Counted from the first letter of the stretch, positions 19,829-30,875 are shown. The stretch: 64,000 nt of DNA from an uncultured cyanobacterium (GCA_963718615.1 OY970368.1:1568001-1632000), one strand, 5' to 3'. Numbers and translations: made by a program. Notes: generated from the sequence alone by a model not told the origin.

Positions 19829-22800
19829 ATGTCCTTTGTCGGTCTCCACATCCACACAGACTACAGTTTGCTGGACGGAGCGAGTCAAATTCCTGCGATG
19901 ATTGACCGGGCGATCGAGTTAGGGATGCCTGCGATCGCCCTCACGGACCACGGGGTGATGTATGGGGCGATCGAGCTGCTCAAAACCTGTAAAGGCAAGA
20001 ACATTCGCCCGATCATTGGCAATGAAATGTACATCATTAATGGCAACATTGAGGATGCGCCAAAGCGGGTGAAGAAATATCACCAAGTAACGCTGGCAAA
20101 AAACAAGAAGGGTTATCAAAATCTGGTAAAGCTGACGACGATCTCTCACCTCAAAGGGGTCAAAGGCAGCGGCATTTTTTCACGGCCTTGTATCGACAAG
20201 GAATTATTAACGCAGTATCACGAAGGGCTGATCGTCACCAGCGCTTGTTTAGGCGGTGAAATTCCCCAGGCCATTTTGCAAAACAAACCCGATGTCGCCC
20301 GCCAGGTTGCTACTTGGTATAAGGATTTGTTTGGCGATGATTACTATATTGAAATTCAAGATCATGGTTCGCCAGAAGACCGTATGGTCAATGTGGAACT
20401 AGTGAAGATTGCACGAGAACTGGATATTAAGATTGTTGCAACAAACGATTCCCACTTTATTTCTTGTAAGGATGTTGAGGCCCATGATGCGTTGCTTTGT
20501 ATTCAAACCGGTAAGCTGATCATTGAAGAAAAGCGATTGCGCTATAGCGGTACAGAATATCTCAAGTCTGCGGATGAAATGCGGCAGATTTTTCGGGATC
20601 ATTTACCGCCGGAGGTGATTGAGGAGGCGATCGCCAACACCCTAGAAGTCGCCGCAAAAATTGAGGATTACGACATTCTAGGAAACCCGAGAATTCCCGA
20701 CTATCCCATCCCCGAGGGCTACACCAACGAAAGCTACATGGCCAAGGTGGCGCGAGATGGCATTGTGGAGCGGTTTAAGCTATCGAGCTATGACGAGCTC
20801 CAGCCCGAATACCGGGAACGGATGGAATACGAAATTGAGATGATGATTCAAATGGGCTTTGCAGCCTATTTCCTCGTTGTCTGGGATTACATCAAATATG
20901 CGCGAGACCAGGGCATTCCTGTCGGACCAGGGCGGGGCTCAGCGGCGGGATCGCTGGTGGCCTATGCCATGGGAATTACCAATATTGACCCGGTTCACTA
21001 CGGTTTGCTGTTTGAGCGTTTCCTCAATCCTGAGCGTAAGTCTATGCCGGATATTGACACGGACTTCTGCATTGAGCGGCGGGGGGAAGTGATTGATTAT
21101 GTGACAGAAAAATACGGTGAGGAACGAGTTGCTCAGATTATTACGTTCAACCGCATGACCTCAAAAGCCGTGCTCAAGGATGTGGCGCGGGTGTTGAATA
21201 TTCCCTACGGTGAGTCCGATCGCATGGCGAAGCTTATCCCGGTTTCGCGGGGCAAACCGGCAAAGCTCAAGGAGATGATTGGGGATAGTTCACCGGACCC
21301 AGAATTCAAAAAAAAGTACGATGAAAATTCGTTAATTCCTGGCACAGATCCACCGGTTACCTATCAGCGTTGGATCGATATGGCCATCCGCATTGAAGGC
21401 ACAAACAAAACCTTTGGCGTTCATGCTGCTGGGGTTGTCATTTCCAAAGAGCCCCTCGATGAAATTGTACCGCTTCAACGCAATAACGACGGCTCAGTCA
21501 TTACCCAGTACTACATGGAAGATGTGGAAGCGGTGGGTCTATTGAAGATGGACTTTTTGGGTCTAAAAAACCTGACGATGATCCAAAAAACCGTAGAGCT
21601 CGTCAAACAGTCACAGGGCCAAGTGGTGGATCCAGATGAACTTGCAATGGATGATCCAGAGGTTTATAAGCTCTTAGGACGAGGGGATCTCGAAGGTGTT
21701 TTTCAGCTTGAGTCCTCCGGCATGCGGCAAATTGTGCGGGAGCTTAAACCCTCGGACGTGGTAGATATTTCTTCAGTTTTGGCTCTCTATCGACCGGGTC
21801 CTTTGGATGCAGGATTGATTCCTAAGTTTATCAACCGTAAGCATGGACGTGAGCAAATTGATTATGCGGATGCCATTTTACAACCCATCCTGAAGGAAAC
21901 CTATGGAATTATGGTTTATCAGGAGCAAATCATGAAAATTGCTCAGGATATGGGGGGCTATACGCTGGGTGAAGCAGATTTACTCCGTCGGGCCATGGGT
22001 AAGAAAAAAGTGTCGGAGATGGAGAAGCATCAAAGCATTTTTACCGAAGGTGCAGCCAAGAATGGAGTTGACAAAAAAGTTGCCAACGCCCTTTGGGATG
22101 ATATGGTTTTGTTCGCAGCTTACTGTTTTAATAAAAGCCATTCCGCTGCCTACGCTTACGTCACCTATCAAACGGCTTATCTGAAAGCTCACTTTCCCGT
22201 CGAATACATGGCGGCGTTGCTCACCGTTAACAGCGGTCAGCAAGACAAAGTACAGCGGTACATCGCCAACGCGATCGCCATGGGGATCGAAGTGGAGCCC
22301 CCCGATATCAACCGTTCCACTGTCGACTTTACCCCCGTCGAAGGCAAAATTCTCTTTGGCCTTTCCGCCGTGCGCAACCTTGGACAAGGCGCGATCGAAA
22401 ATCTGCTCGAAGCTCGGGATCAAGACGGTTCCTTTAGTTCCCTGGCGGAATTGTGCGATCGCATCGATTCCCGCACGGTCAACCGCCGTGCCCTAGAAGC
22501 CCTGATCCATTCCGGAGCCTGCGATGCCCTGGAACCCAACGCCAACCGTCGTCAACTGGCCGAAGATTTGCCCCTGATTTTGGAATGGGCTCAGGGCCGT
22601 GCCAAGGATCGTGCCAGTGGCCAGGGGAGTTTGTTTGATCTTTTGGGTGGTCCAGTGGGTGGCCCAAACCCCTCAACCGCCAGCAACGACGCTGCTGGGA
22701 TCGCCATGGCTCCGAAAGCGCCGGCGGTCCCAGACTATCAACCCCAGGAACGACTCAAACTAGAAAAGGAATTACTGGGCTTTTACGTTTCCGATCATCC

Positions 22801-23389
22801 GCTCAAGTCGGTGCAGCAGCCTTCGCGGATTTTAGCACCCGTAAATATTGGCGATCTGGATCAATATATAGAGAAGGGTACGGTTAGCGCCATTGTTCTA
22901 CTCCCCGAAATCAAGGATGTGATTACCAAAAAGGGCGATCGCATGTCCATCCTCCAGGTAGAAGATCTTACCGGCAATGCCGATGCCGTGGTTTTCCCCA
23001 AGAGCTACGCTCGCATTGGCCAACATATTCGCGTTGATGCCCGCTTGATGGTTTGGGGGAAAGTCGATCGCCGGGACGATCGCGTCCAGTTCATTATTGA
23101 AGACGCTGAGCCCGTCGAAGATATCCGCTTAGTGATGGTCGAGATGGCTTTGCAACAGGCCAGTGACATTACCCAACAACATCGCCTTAAAACCCTGATC
23201 CAGTCCCAGCAAAGCGAAGAAAAAGATGAAAATAAAGTCCCTGTTGTGGCAGTCATTAATGCCGGGGGGCAGCGGCACTTTGTTCGCCTGGGTTCACAAT
23301 TTCGGGTGAGGGATCCAGAAGAAACGGCATTAGCCCTATCTGCTGCTAATTTTAGGGCTAGAGCCGAGTCCTTACTCCAAATGAATTAA
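19829..23389 (+). CDS. dnaE: DNA polymerase III alpha subunit, contiguous (no split intein)
   Basis: PHP domain [36 protein letters not shown] contiguous, C-terminal OB fold. Confidence 0.97.
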   Translation: MSFVGLHIHTDYSLLDGASQIPAMIDRAIELGMPAIALTDHGVMYGAIELLKTCKGKNIRPIIGNEMYIINGNIEDAPKRVKKYHQVTLAKNKKGYQNLVKLTTISHLKGVKGSGIFSRPCIDKELLTQYHEGLIVTSACLGGEIPQAILQNKPDVARQVATWYKDLFGDDYYIEIQDHGSPEDRMVNVELVKIARELDIKIVATNDSHFISCKDVEAHDALLCIQTGKLIIEEKRLRYSGTEYLKSADEMRQIFRDHLPPEVIEEAIANTLEVAAKIEDYDILGNPRIPDYPIPEGYTNESYMAKVARDGIVERFKLSSYDELQPEYRERMEYEIEMMIQMGFAAYFLVVWDYIKYARDQGIPVGPGRGSAAGSLVAYAMGITNIDPVHYGLLFERFLNPERKSMPDIDTDFCIERRGEVIDYVTEKYGEERVAQIITFNRMTSKAVLKDVARVLNIPYGESDRMAKLIPVSRGKPAKLKEMIGDSSPDPEFKKKYDENSLIPGTDPPVTYQRWIDMAIRIEGTNKTFGVHAAGVVISKEPLDEIVPLQRNNDGSVITQYYMEDVEAVGLLKMDFLGLKNLTMIQKTVELVKQSQGQVVDPDELAMDDPEVYKLLGRGDLEGVFQLESSGMRQIVRELKPSDVVDISSVLALYRPGPLDAGLIPKFINRKHGREQIDYADAILQPILKETYGIMVYQEQIMKIAQDMGGYTLGEADLLRRAMGKKKVSEMEKHQSIFTEGAAKNGVDKKVANALWDDMVLFAAYCFNKSHSAAYAYVTYQTAYLKAHFPVEYMAALLTVNSGQQDKVQRYIANAIAMGIEVEPPDINRSTVDFTPVEGKILFGLSAVRNLGQGAIENLLEARDQDGSFSSLAELCDRIDSRTVNRRALEALIHSGACDALEPNANRRQLAEDLPLILEWAQGRAKDRASGQGSLFDLLGGPVGGPNPSTASNDAAGIAMAPKAPAVPDYQPQERLKLEKELLGFYVSDHPLKSVQQPSRILAPVNIGDLDQYIEKGTVSAIVLLPEIKDVITKKGDRMSILQVEDLTGNADAVVFPKSYARIGQHIRVDARLMVWGKVDRRDDRVQFIIEDAEPVEDIRLVMVEMALQQASDITQQHRLKTLIQSQQSEEKDENKVPVVAVINAGGQRHFVRLGSQFRVRDPEETALALSAANFRARAESLLQMN

Positions 23390-23482
23390 GTTGTTTAAAA
23401 TACCGTTTTGTAATTTATTCAAATCCCCAAACATCAGAAAGTTCCCGGATATTAGATATTGTTATCGCTCCCCGCTAAATGA

Positions 23483-23498
23483 TGTGATTACTATCGCA
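23483..23498. promoter_or_regulatory. Candidate CRP-family binding site
   Basis: TGTGA-TTACTA-TCGCA, one mismatch from TGTGA-N6-TCACA, in an AT-rich intergenic region. Confidence 0.35.
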
Positions 23499-23814
23499 TT
23501 TGTTAATCAATGTTGCGACTTTGGCGTTACACTGTTAACGTCGGTAACAACTGACCCCATACGCCAAAAATTCAGTTTGCGATTCTACGCCTGAATCTGT
23601 ACCGGGGTCAGAAGATCTAGAGTCTCTGCAATTGCTGTTCTTGACTTATATTTGTCTGTCTCTCCTTGCGGTTCTCACTACAGCCCTTCGTTCCCTCCCC
23701 CAGTCACTCTCGCTTCATTCCTCGCTCAACCCTGGCCTGAGCCTTAAATGCAGAGTGGTCTGAACTATCCACAACAGCGCAGAGACAGTGGACTCAATTT
23801 TGGAGGTATTTCCG

Positions 23815-24645
23815 ATGATTTTTCGTAACCCTTTTGCTCGCAGTCCTGATCTTCGAGGGCAAACGGCTTTAATTACCGGCGCATCACGGGGGATCGGTCG
23901 GGCGATCGCCTTCGCCCTAGCCCGTGAAGGTGTTGCCAAGCTGATCTTGGTTGCTCGTCAAGAAACCCGTTTAGCGCAGACCGCAGAAGACCTACGCGAC
24001 CTTGGAATTGAGGTCATTACGGTCACCGTCGATCTGGCTGAACCTATGGCTGTCCATCAAAAACTAGGACCGGTACTGCGGGATCAAGGTCCCGTTGACC
24101 TGCTAATCAATTGTGCCGGGGTTGCCCACCAAGCCTTATTTTTGCGATCGCGCTTGGCGGATATCCAATCTGAACTCTCCACGAACCTACTGGGGCTCTA
24201 CACGGTCACTCGCCTTGTGGCGCGGCAAATGGCGAAACGACGGCAGGGTTGCATTGTCAACGTCACCAGCTTAATGGGCAAGATCGCCGCGCCTTCCATG
24301 GCGACTTACTCGGCAACCAAGTATGCGATCGTGGGTTTTACCCAGGCGTTGCGCAGCGAACTCGCGCCCTATAACGTTAAAGTGATTGCTCTCTTACCCT
24401 CCCTCACCGCCACCGATATGGTGCGGGACATGGCCTGGTTCCGCTGGGTGCAGGCCAGCCGTCCCGAGCAGGTGGCCCAAGCCTTAGTCTGGGGGATCAA
24501 ACGGGGGCAGCCTGAAATTCTCGTGGGCTGGCAAAGTCAAGCCGCCATTTGGGCATCTCGGCTACTGCCAGGACTCGTGGCCTATGGAGTTGGTCGAGCG
24601 GCTCCCCTGCCGAATCTTTACCGAGAGAGGGCCGTATATCCCTAG
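23815..24645 (+). CDS. Short-chain dehydrogenase/reductase
   Basis: TGASRGIG, NCAG and YSATK motifs; GGAGG RBS before ATG 23815. Confidence 0.9.
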   Translation: MIFRNPFARSPDLRGQTALITGASRGIGRAIAFALAREGVAKLILVARQETRLAQTAEDLRDLGIEVITVTVDLAEPMAVHQKLGPVLRDQGPVDLLINCAGVAHQALFLRSRLADIQSELSTNLLGLYTVTRLVARQMAKRRQGCIVNVTSLMGKIAAPSMATYSATKYAIVGFTQALRSELAPYNVKVIALLPSLTATDMVRDMAWFRWVQASRPEQVAQALVWGIKRGQPEILVGWQSQAAIWASRLLPGLVAYGVGRAAPLPNLYRERAVYP

Positions 24646-24703
24646 GCAGATGCACTGAGTTTGGCTAAGCTGGGGCTGTTTTGATTGATCAGGAGTATCA
24701 AGG

Positions 24704-25666
24704 ATGACAGTCCCGCTTGGTGCCAGATGTCTGGCGATCGCCCTAAGGCAAAAAACTTTAAGCAACGGCTGCAAAACCCTTTGGCAGACTATCAGGGGGG
24801 GGGGACTGTCGTTGTTGCTGGCCTTACCGGTGATCGCCCAACCGATTCGCGCCATCGAGATCAATCCCGATACTTCTGCTTTTCAAAATAAAACGCTGCA
24901 ACTCGGCAAGCTCAGCATCCAGGTGAGCTATACGCCGCTGAAGCGTGAGGAAGTGGGGAGCGATCGCAAAAATCTCACCTACCAAATTCTGAATGATGGC
25001 AAACCACAGCTAACGGGTGAATTGCAAACCGCTGTCATAGGGCATATTAGCCTTCTAGATCTCGACAACAACCTTAGCCCTGAAGTGGCGATCAAAACCT
25101 ATACTGGTGGCACCCATTGTTGTACTACACTAACAATCTTTAGTGCGGCTAAGGGACAACCCTATGGCCAAGCCCAGATGCTTGAAGGACTGGATGGTAC
25201 CGGGGGAGAGTTCAAAGATTTAGATGGAAATGGCTCGATTGAATTTATCAGTTCAGATAATCGTTTTCTATACAACTTTTCTGGCTATGCTCAAGCGTTT
25301 CCACCCTCGCAAATTCTAGCCTGGAGTAATGGCAAGTTTATTGATGTGACCCGTCGCTATCCCAAGGAATTGCGGGCTCGGGCCTGGCTAATGTTCCAGC
25401 AGTTGCAGGAGCTAGAAAAGGGCGGCACAGGGCTTTCGACCAATGGAATTTTGGCAGGCTATGTGGCTCAAAAAGCGATGCTAGGTGAGTACGATGCCGG
25501 TTGGCAACTGATGCTGGCGCGTTATGACAAAACCACGACTTGGGGATTGGAAAAGCGGGATAGTCAAGGTCGTGAAGTGGGAAAATATGCGAATTTTCCA
25601 GATGCGTTAAAGGCATTTTTGATTCAGAGTGGTTATCTGGATCAGAATGGTCAGCCGAAGAAATAG
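24704..25666 (+). CDS. Hypothetical exported protein with DxDx(N/D)G Ca-binding-like loops
   Basis: AGGAG RBS; signal-like hydrophobic stretch; DLDNNLSPE, YTGGTHCC and DLDGNGSIE motifs. Confidence 0.75.
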   Translation: MTVPLGARCLAIALRQKTLSNGCKTLWQTIRGGGLSLLLALPVIAQPIRAIEINPDTSAFQNKTLQLGKLSIQVSYTPLKREEVGSDRKNLTYQILNDGKPQLTGELQTAVIGHISLLDLDNNLSPEVAIKTYTGGTHCCTTLTIFSAAKGQPYGQAQMLEGLDGTGGEFKDLDGNGSIEFISSDNRFLYNFSGYAQAFPPSQILAWSNGKFIDVTRRYPKELRARAWLMFQQLQELEKGGTGLSTNGILAGYVAQKAMLGEYDAGWQLMLARYDKTTTWGLEKRDSQGREVGKYANFPDALKAFLIQSGYLDQNGQPKK

Positions 25667-25703
25667 AATCTCAACGCTGTGTTGATTGCGATCGCGACGG
25701 ACA

Positions 25704-25724
25704 GGACATGGCATTGCCATGTCC
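25704..25724. repeat. Perfect inverted repeat (REP-like) between convergent genes
   Basis: GGACATGGCA-T-TGCCATGTCC. Confidence 0.6.
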
Positions 25725-25914
25725 CGACAGGATTTATGATTTTATGGATTTTGCTTGGGGCTTGGTCCGTAGAGGGGACGATCGCCCGCCGCAGGCCAAG
25801 TTGGTCCCAAAGGAATCGCCGGTTTCAAAAAGGCCGGAGCCTGGGGTTTTGGGGCTGAGGATTGCGGTATAGGTTCCGTAGGTTCCGTGGGTTCTTGGGG
25901 GGCTTTGGGGACTT

Positions 25915-28014
25915 CTAAAGTTTGCTCGGGTTCAGGTGTAGAAGCATCTGGTGTTGAGACAAAGCTATCACTCCAGGGGGTCTCGTTAGGGGGGGGAGCA
26001 GAGGTCCCATGACCTGGCGATCGCGCGGATTCTGAGGCAAAACCGGCCCAAGCATTTCAGGTTTGGGTTCAGGCTTTAATTCAGGCTTTAATTCAGGCTT
26101 GGCCTCGGTTGAAGTTTGCGGTTGAATCGGTCCAATCAGTTCAGACTTATCGCTTGCCTTGGGTTCCGCGCTTGGCGCGGTACTGGGCGTTGAACTGGGT
26201 GTTGGACTGGGTGTTGGACTGGAATTGGGCGTGGGCGTTGCACTAGGTGTCGAACTGGATGTCGAACTGGATGTCGAACTGGGCGCAGTGGGTTTAGCCT
26301 CTGGCAGAAGCGTATCAAAGGAGCGCAAGAACTGAAAATTGAGATCGTATCGAGTCCAGCGTTCATCTTCAATCCGACGCTCTGCCCCAGCGCTCTTAAG
26401 CGCATCTACGAAGGGCTGAAGACCAACGGGCAAGGGCAAAAGCGAGGGTAAATTGGTTTTGGAAACGCGATCGAGATCCATAAACAACTGACCCGTTGCA
26501 GGGGTAGCGTCTTGGGAACGCGGCATCCCCTCCCGATAGAGCGGACTGCCCGCCAAGGTCGCCTGGGGTTGCGGCAACAGCAAGCTGGCTCCTGGGGCTC
26601 CGACGATTAAAAAGGCGACATTCCCCTCTAGCCAGCCGTGGGTAACCACCGGTTCGCCGGCCTGATTCAGCCAATTGACCACGGGTTGACCCGCTAAGGT
26701 ACCGGTGTTGAGCCGCAGTCGGTATTTGTTGACCATGAGCGAATCCAGCTTTTGCAGCGATCGCTCCGCCAGCCGCCGGTTACCGGTCTGGACCATCACC
26801 GTTAGACCCGCCTCAAACCGAGAATTGGCCTTAGAGGGAATGGGTAAAAGACCCACCGCATAGGACCCATCCATCCAGGTTAGCCAGTCTTGGTCGAGAT
26901 CCATGCTCGTGACGGCCTTGATTTGCTCTCGCAGGGCGTTGGCATTGAGCAAGGGCGAGGCATTAGGGTTTTGGCTATAGGAACTCCAGGCATCCTTGAG
27001 GCTGCGGCCCGTGAGCAACAGTGACGTGGAGGCTGGGAAGCGATCGCCCAAGGCCGTCGTCAGGTCCACCCGCTTGCCATCGGATGGATTGAGCAAACTT
27101 AGGCCCGAGTTGCGGGGCAATTGCCAGGTCAAGCTTTCGATGGAAAAACCATTGTCCACCAGATCGATCTGGGCCATCAGCCCTTGAATATCGCTGGGCA
27201 GAGGCAATAAACGACCCGCAGCAGTGGTTGCTTGCGTCGCTGCTGGAGCATTGAGATAGAGCGTCGCGAAGGGGTCACGCTCGCTGTCGCTGTTAGCAGG
27301 CTGTTGCCGCTGTTGGGCGATGCGGTAGTCTTCGAGCTGGAGCAAGGATTTGCGGTCAAAATAGCTGTCGATCGCCCGCTCCAATGTCGCCCCATTGGCC
27401 GCGACTAACGCGTAGGACCCCAAAATCGCCACATGATGACGCTGGGCCAGATCCGCTTGAATCTGCCAAACTTCTACCCCGCGATAATCAGAAACCTGAT
27501 TTTCGAAGCCCTGGGGCGGTTTGAGTTGACGAATTTTTTGCTGAATCGCCCCTGGGTTTTTGAGGGGAGCGACGAGCAGCAGATCGGACTGGGGTTTGAG
27601 CGCTGGATTCGTCGAAGGATTCGCGACCGTCGCCGGGACGAGGGCGATCGCCGGTTCTCCCGCCAGTTGCGTCTGGACCTGCTGCCAATCTCCGTAGCCC
27701 AAATTCGTGATGCGATCGCGCCCAATCGCCAACCATTGCCCTAAGCCCTTTTGTAGCGAAGGTGTTCCCAGTCGCCGTGCCGTCTCCCACTGGCTGCGAT
27801 CATCGGTCAAGGAAAGGACGGCGATCGCATTCTCCGGTACCAAACTCAGCGCCTGCTCCGGACCCGGCACCACCGTCCGCTGACTGACATAGGCCGCCAC
27901 TCCCCCACCCAAAATCACCGCCACTGCCCCAATTCCCAACAGCAGCTTACGACCCTTGGGTCGAGGCGGTTGAGCAGGAAAGTCTTGCTGAAGTGGCAGT
28001 TCGGCTTGGGTCAT
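25915..28014 (-). CDS. DUF3352-like membrane-anchored protein with Pro/Ser/Thr-rich tail (tail probably frameshifted; see findings)
   Basis: N-terminal TM, YRGVEVW and WLTWMDGSYA motifs, low-complexity repeat tail. Confidence 0.8.
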   Translation of the reverse strand: MTQAELPLQQDFPAQPPRPKGRKLLLGIGAVAVILGGGVAAYVSQRTVVPGPEQALSLVPENAIAVLSLTDDRSQWETARRLGTPSLQKGLGQWLAIGRDRITNLGYGDWQQVQTQLAGEPAIALVPATVANPSTNPALKPQSDLLLVAPLKNPGAIQQKIRQLKPPQGFENQVSDYRGVEVWQIQADLAQRHHVAILGSYALVAANGATLERAIDSYFDRKSLLQLEDYRIAQQRQQPANSDSERDPFATLYLNAPAATQATTAAGRLLPLPSDIQGLMAQIDLVDNGFSIESLTWQLPRNSGLSLLNPSDGKRVDLTTALGDRFPASTSLLLTGRSLKDAWSSYSQNPNASPLLNANALREQIKAVTSMDLDQDWLTWMDGSYAVGLLPIPSKANSRFEAGLTVMVQTGNRRLAERSLQKLDSLMVNKYRLRLNTGTLAGQPVVNWLNQAGEPVVTHGWLEGNVAFLIVGAPGASLLLPQPQATLAGSPLYREGMPRSQDATPATGQLFMDLDRVSKTNLPSLLPLPVGLQPFVDALKSAGAERRIEDERWTRYDLNFQFLRSFDTLLPEAKPTAPSSTSSSTSSSTPSATPTPNSSPTPSPTPSSTPSTAPSAEPKASDKSELIGPIQPQTSTEAKPELKPELKPEPKPEMLGPVLPQNPRDRQVMGPLLPPLTRPPGVIALSQHQMLLHLNPSKL

Positions 28015-28167
28015 AGCGTAGATCGAGCCCGACAAAATGGATGGCGGAGAGGAAAAGGTAGCGGAATGGGACGGAGCTTAAATAAGTATCTTTTTTATCA
28101 TGATAGAACTTCAGTGACGTAAGTTCCCGCAGGGTTAACGGTCAGCGTTATTTCAGTGTTATTCGCG

Positions 28168-29520
28168 TCACTGCGCCGGAGTCACTTGAGACACTTGTTC
28201 AGCGGCCTGGACTGCGGCAGTCAGCTTGGCGTCGTTGAGAGCGGAAACCACCGCTTCTTGCTGTCTGTAGAAATAATCCAAATCAGAACCGTAGTTTTGG
28301 ATGGCAAAACAAACCGAGTCCGGTTGCTCCAACGATAGCGCGGGTTGGCTGGCGATGGGCAAGACGCCTGCGAGATTGCTGACGGTAGCCAAAGTTCCGG
28401 TTTTCCCAATCAGCCCCGACGGCAAATTGCGGTCTTCGAGGGTCCCCCGATCCACGGGGACAATCGGTAATACATCCCTGAGGCCCAGCTGATGGGGGTT
28501 TAGCTGATGGCCGATGACATCCAGAATGCGGCAAGCGGCCCGAGGCGAAAGCTGGTTTTCCTCGCCTAGACCTGAGCCATTAATAAACTCAACTTCAGAG
28601 GCGGGCACCCCGGCCACCCGCTCCACGGCGCTCTTCATCATGGTGGGTCCCCCTAGCAAATCCGACAGCAGTTGGGCCATGTCGTTGTTGCTATACATAT
28701 TCATGCGCTTGAGCAGTTCCTGAAGCGCAAAGGAGTGGTGCTCAGCCACGATCGGGGTGGTGGCTTTGTCGATGTCGTTGACCCCGAGGGCTTGCCCACG
28801 AATTTTGACCTCAGGCTTAGCCGTTCCCGCTGGCAGCGTGGCGTACTGCTGGGCGGCTTCCCAGCCCCAGATGCTTGAATCTAGACCCTGGCGGAGGAGT
28901 TCGGTGGCGGCGTCGCGATCGCGATCAAAGTTCATCACAAACACCCCGGTAACGAGCAAGTTCCCCGTGACTTCGCGAATTCCCAGTTTATTCAGGCTGT
29001 TGCCAACGGCGATCGCCGACTCCCAAACAAACATCGGATCCGCACCGCCAAAAAAGACCAGATCGCCATTGAGTACACCGTCTTGGACTGTGCCGCGAAT
29101 GCCAATGCGGGTAATAAATTTATAGTTGGGATCCCAGCGATCGAGGGCTGTCAGCGTCGTGGCCAATTTGGTGAGGGAGGCGGCGGGGAGGCGGGTTTTG
29201 CCTTGATGTTCTGCTAGGAGGCGATCGCCACTTTGCACCCAGATGCCCTGGGCATTGGGGTCTACCCCAGTTGCCGCTAACCGGTCTACATATTGCTGAA
29301 CAATGCTTTGAATTTGCGTATCTGGCTGATCTTCCCGAACCGCAACATAGAGCTTAGGGGGATCGGGGGGCTGAACCGGAAAAATAGTCGTTGGAGCGTT
29401 GGCGACACCTGGAGCGTCTGCTCTAGGCATTCGACTCGCCAGGGCCAGCTTGAGGGCGGCAAGGCCCACCACTACACCGGTGACCACCGACAGGGTTCGG
29501 AAGAAATTGGGATTACCCAT
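28168..29520 (-). CDS. dacB: D-alanyl-D-alanine carboxypeptidase/endopeptidase (PBP4, peptidase S13)
   Basis: SxxK (ASLTK), SxN (SNN) and KTG (GKTGT) motifs, NGSGL. Confidence 0.88.
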   Translation of the reverse strand: MGNPNFFRTLSVVTGVVVGLAALKLALASRMPRADAPGVANAPTTIFPVQPPDPPKLYVAVREDQPDTQIQSIVQQYVDRLAATGVDPNAQGIWVQSGDRLLAEHQGKTRLPAASLTKLATTLTALDRWDPNYKFITRIGIRGTVQDGVLNGDLVFFGGADPMFVWESAIAVGNSLNKLGIREVTGNLLVTGVFVMNFDRDRDAATELLRQGLDSSIWGWEAAQQYATLPAGTAKPEVKIRGQALGVNDIDKATTPIVAEHHSFALQELLKRMNMYSNNDMAQLLSDLLGGPTMMKSAVERVAGVPASEVEFINGSGLGEENQLSPRAACRILDVIGHQLNPHQLGLRDVLPIVPVDRGTLEDRNLPSGLIGKTGTLATVSNLAGVLPIASQPALSLEQPDSVCFAIQNYGSDLDYFYRQQEAVVSALNDAKLTAAVQAAEQVSQVTPAQ

Positions 29521-29632
29521 AGAACGCGGGGGAGAACGATCGCACTCAGCATGCCCTATCCTGCCGTCCTTGACAATTGTTCCTCATCCTAATCCTTAGC
29601 CTGGGACGGTCTGGGCGCTGGGACGGTCTAGA

Positions 29633-30730
29633 TTATACCGGTGCCTTGGGAAAGCTCGGGAGATCAATTGCAGCCAGCGAAGACAACTTTTTCTTCGTGG
29701 GTCGCAACGGGTTGACCAGCGGTGAAGGCCAGTTCGTCGGCTCTCCCAAATGTAATTCGCCTTCAAAAGGAAGCGCCTCAGAAAGGACTTCGGAAATGGT
29801 TCCAGGAACGGCTCCGGTCTCTACTGAAAGGGCTTCGGTAGACTCGCTTGGTGACGGTTTTTCCAGCGGCTCGAAGCGGGACTCGGTCTTTTCGAGAATC
29901 ATCTCGTTGTCTTCGTTAGACCCCTCTGCCGCCGGACGAATCCCCCAATCCTCAGCTTCCACCCCCCCCATGGGGGTCAGATGCTCATGAATCTGATTGA
30001 AGGCTGCCTCATCGACCTGCTGCGACCAAGGCTTGACCGGCTGGGAACGGGGAAAAAACTCACCGGGGAAATCGATGGGCTCTACGTCTAATTCCGGAAG
30101 CTCAAAATTGGCTGGCGTCACAGAAACTTCTAAGCTTTTTTCCAGGGCCGCTTTGAACTGAAGCGTATGGCGCTGTTGGCGATGGAGACGACTCTTGAGA
30201 TCACGGCAGAGCTGCTCTGCCTGCAGCAACTGCTGGGCCTGCTCGGTACTGCGTCGCTGAACCAACGTACATTCCCGTTCCATTTGGGCGATTCGCTCTT
30301 GCCCGGTCTCCAACTGAGCCGTCATGGTTTCGACCAAAATCGTTTGCCGTTGGGCCGTCTTGCGACAGGTCTCTAGATCGCGAGTTAGGACGGTAACCCG
30401 TTCTTGGGCTGCCGTCAATTCTTGGGTGCGGCGCTCCAGCAAAATTTCCTGCTGGCGAAACTGCTGCAAGTGCGCCTGGAAGTCTGCCTGACAGTCACTG
30501 AGGGAATGCTCCAGCTCGCTGATCCAGCCGAGGAGCTCCTGGTTTTGGGCCAGCAGTTCTGCCTGGGTGGCCTGAGCCATGTCTGTATCGGCGTCCACCT
30601 CCGTCATGGCAACCTCGACCATGGGAACCTCGACGGCTGTGACATCTACCGCTGTAACATCCACAGCAGGCTCCTGTCGCTCGGCCTCTAGATCTAGGAT
30701 TTCAACCTTCAGTGTTTCAATGTCGCTCAT
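29633..30730 (-). CDS. Coiled-coil hypothetical protein
   Basis: Long heptad region; RQQRHTLQFKAALEK and C-terminal SLAAIDLPSFP resemble a conserved cyanobacterial family. Confidence 0.8.
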   Translation of the reverse strand: MSDIETLKVEILDLEAERQEPAVDVTAVDVTAVEVPMVEVAMTEVDADTDMAQATQAELLAQNQELLGWISELEHSLSDCQADFQAHLQQFRQQEILLERRTQELTAAQERVTVLTRDLETCRKTAQRQTILVETMTAQLETGQERIAQMERECTLVQRRSTEQAQQLLQAEQLCRDLKSRLHRQQRHTLQFKAALEKSLEVSVTPANFELPELDVEPIDFPGEFFPRSQPVKPWSQQVDEAAFNQIHEHLTPMGGVEAEDWGIRPAAEGSNEDNEMILEKTESRFEPLEKPSPSESTEALSVETGAVPGTISEVLSEALPFEGELHLGEPTNWPSPLVNPLRPTKKKLSSLAAIDLPSFPKAPV

Positions 30731-30830
30731 CGCTCCTCACCCACCCGTAAAATCGACTGCGCTTTGCTCAACTTGCCCTGGTCATCCTGACGGCCTTGGA
30801 CTGGCCCTGTCTTTCACGATTACTCTGCCG

Positions 30831-30875
30831 TTAGTGACTCCTGCTTAGTGACTCCTGCTTAGTGACTCCGCTTAG
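30831..30875. repeat. 14-bp tandem repeat TTAGTGACTCCTGC x3
   Basis: Read directly; third copy lacks one base. Confidence 0.85.
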
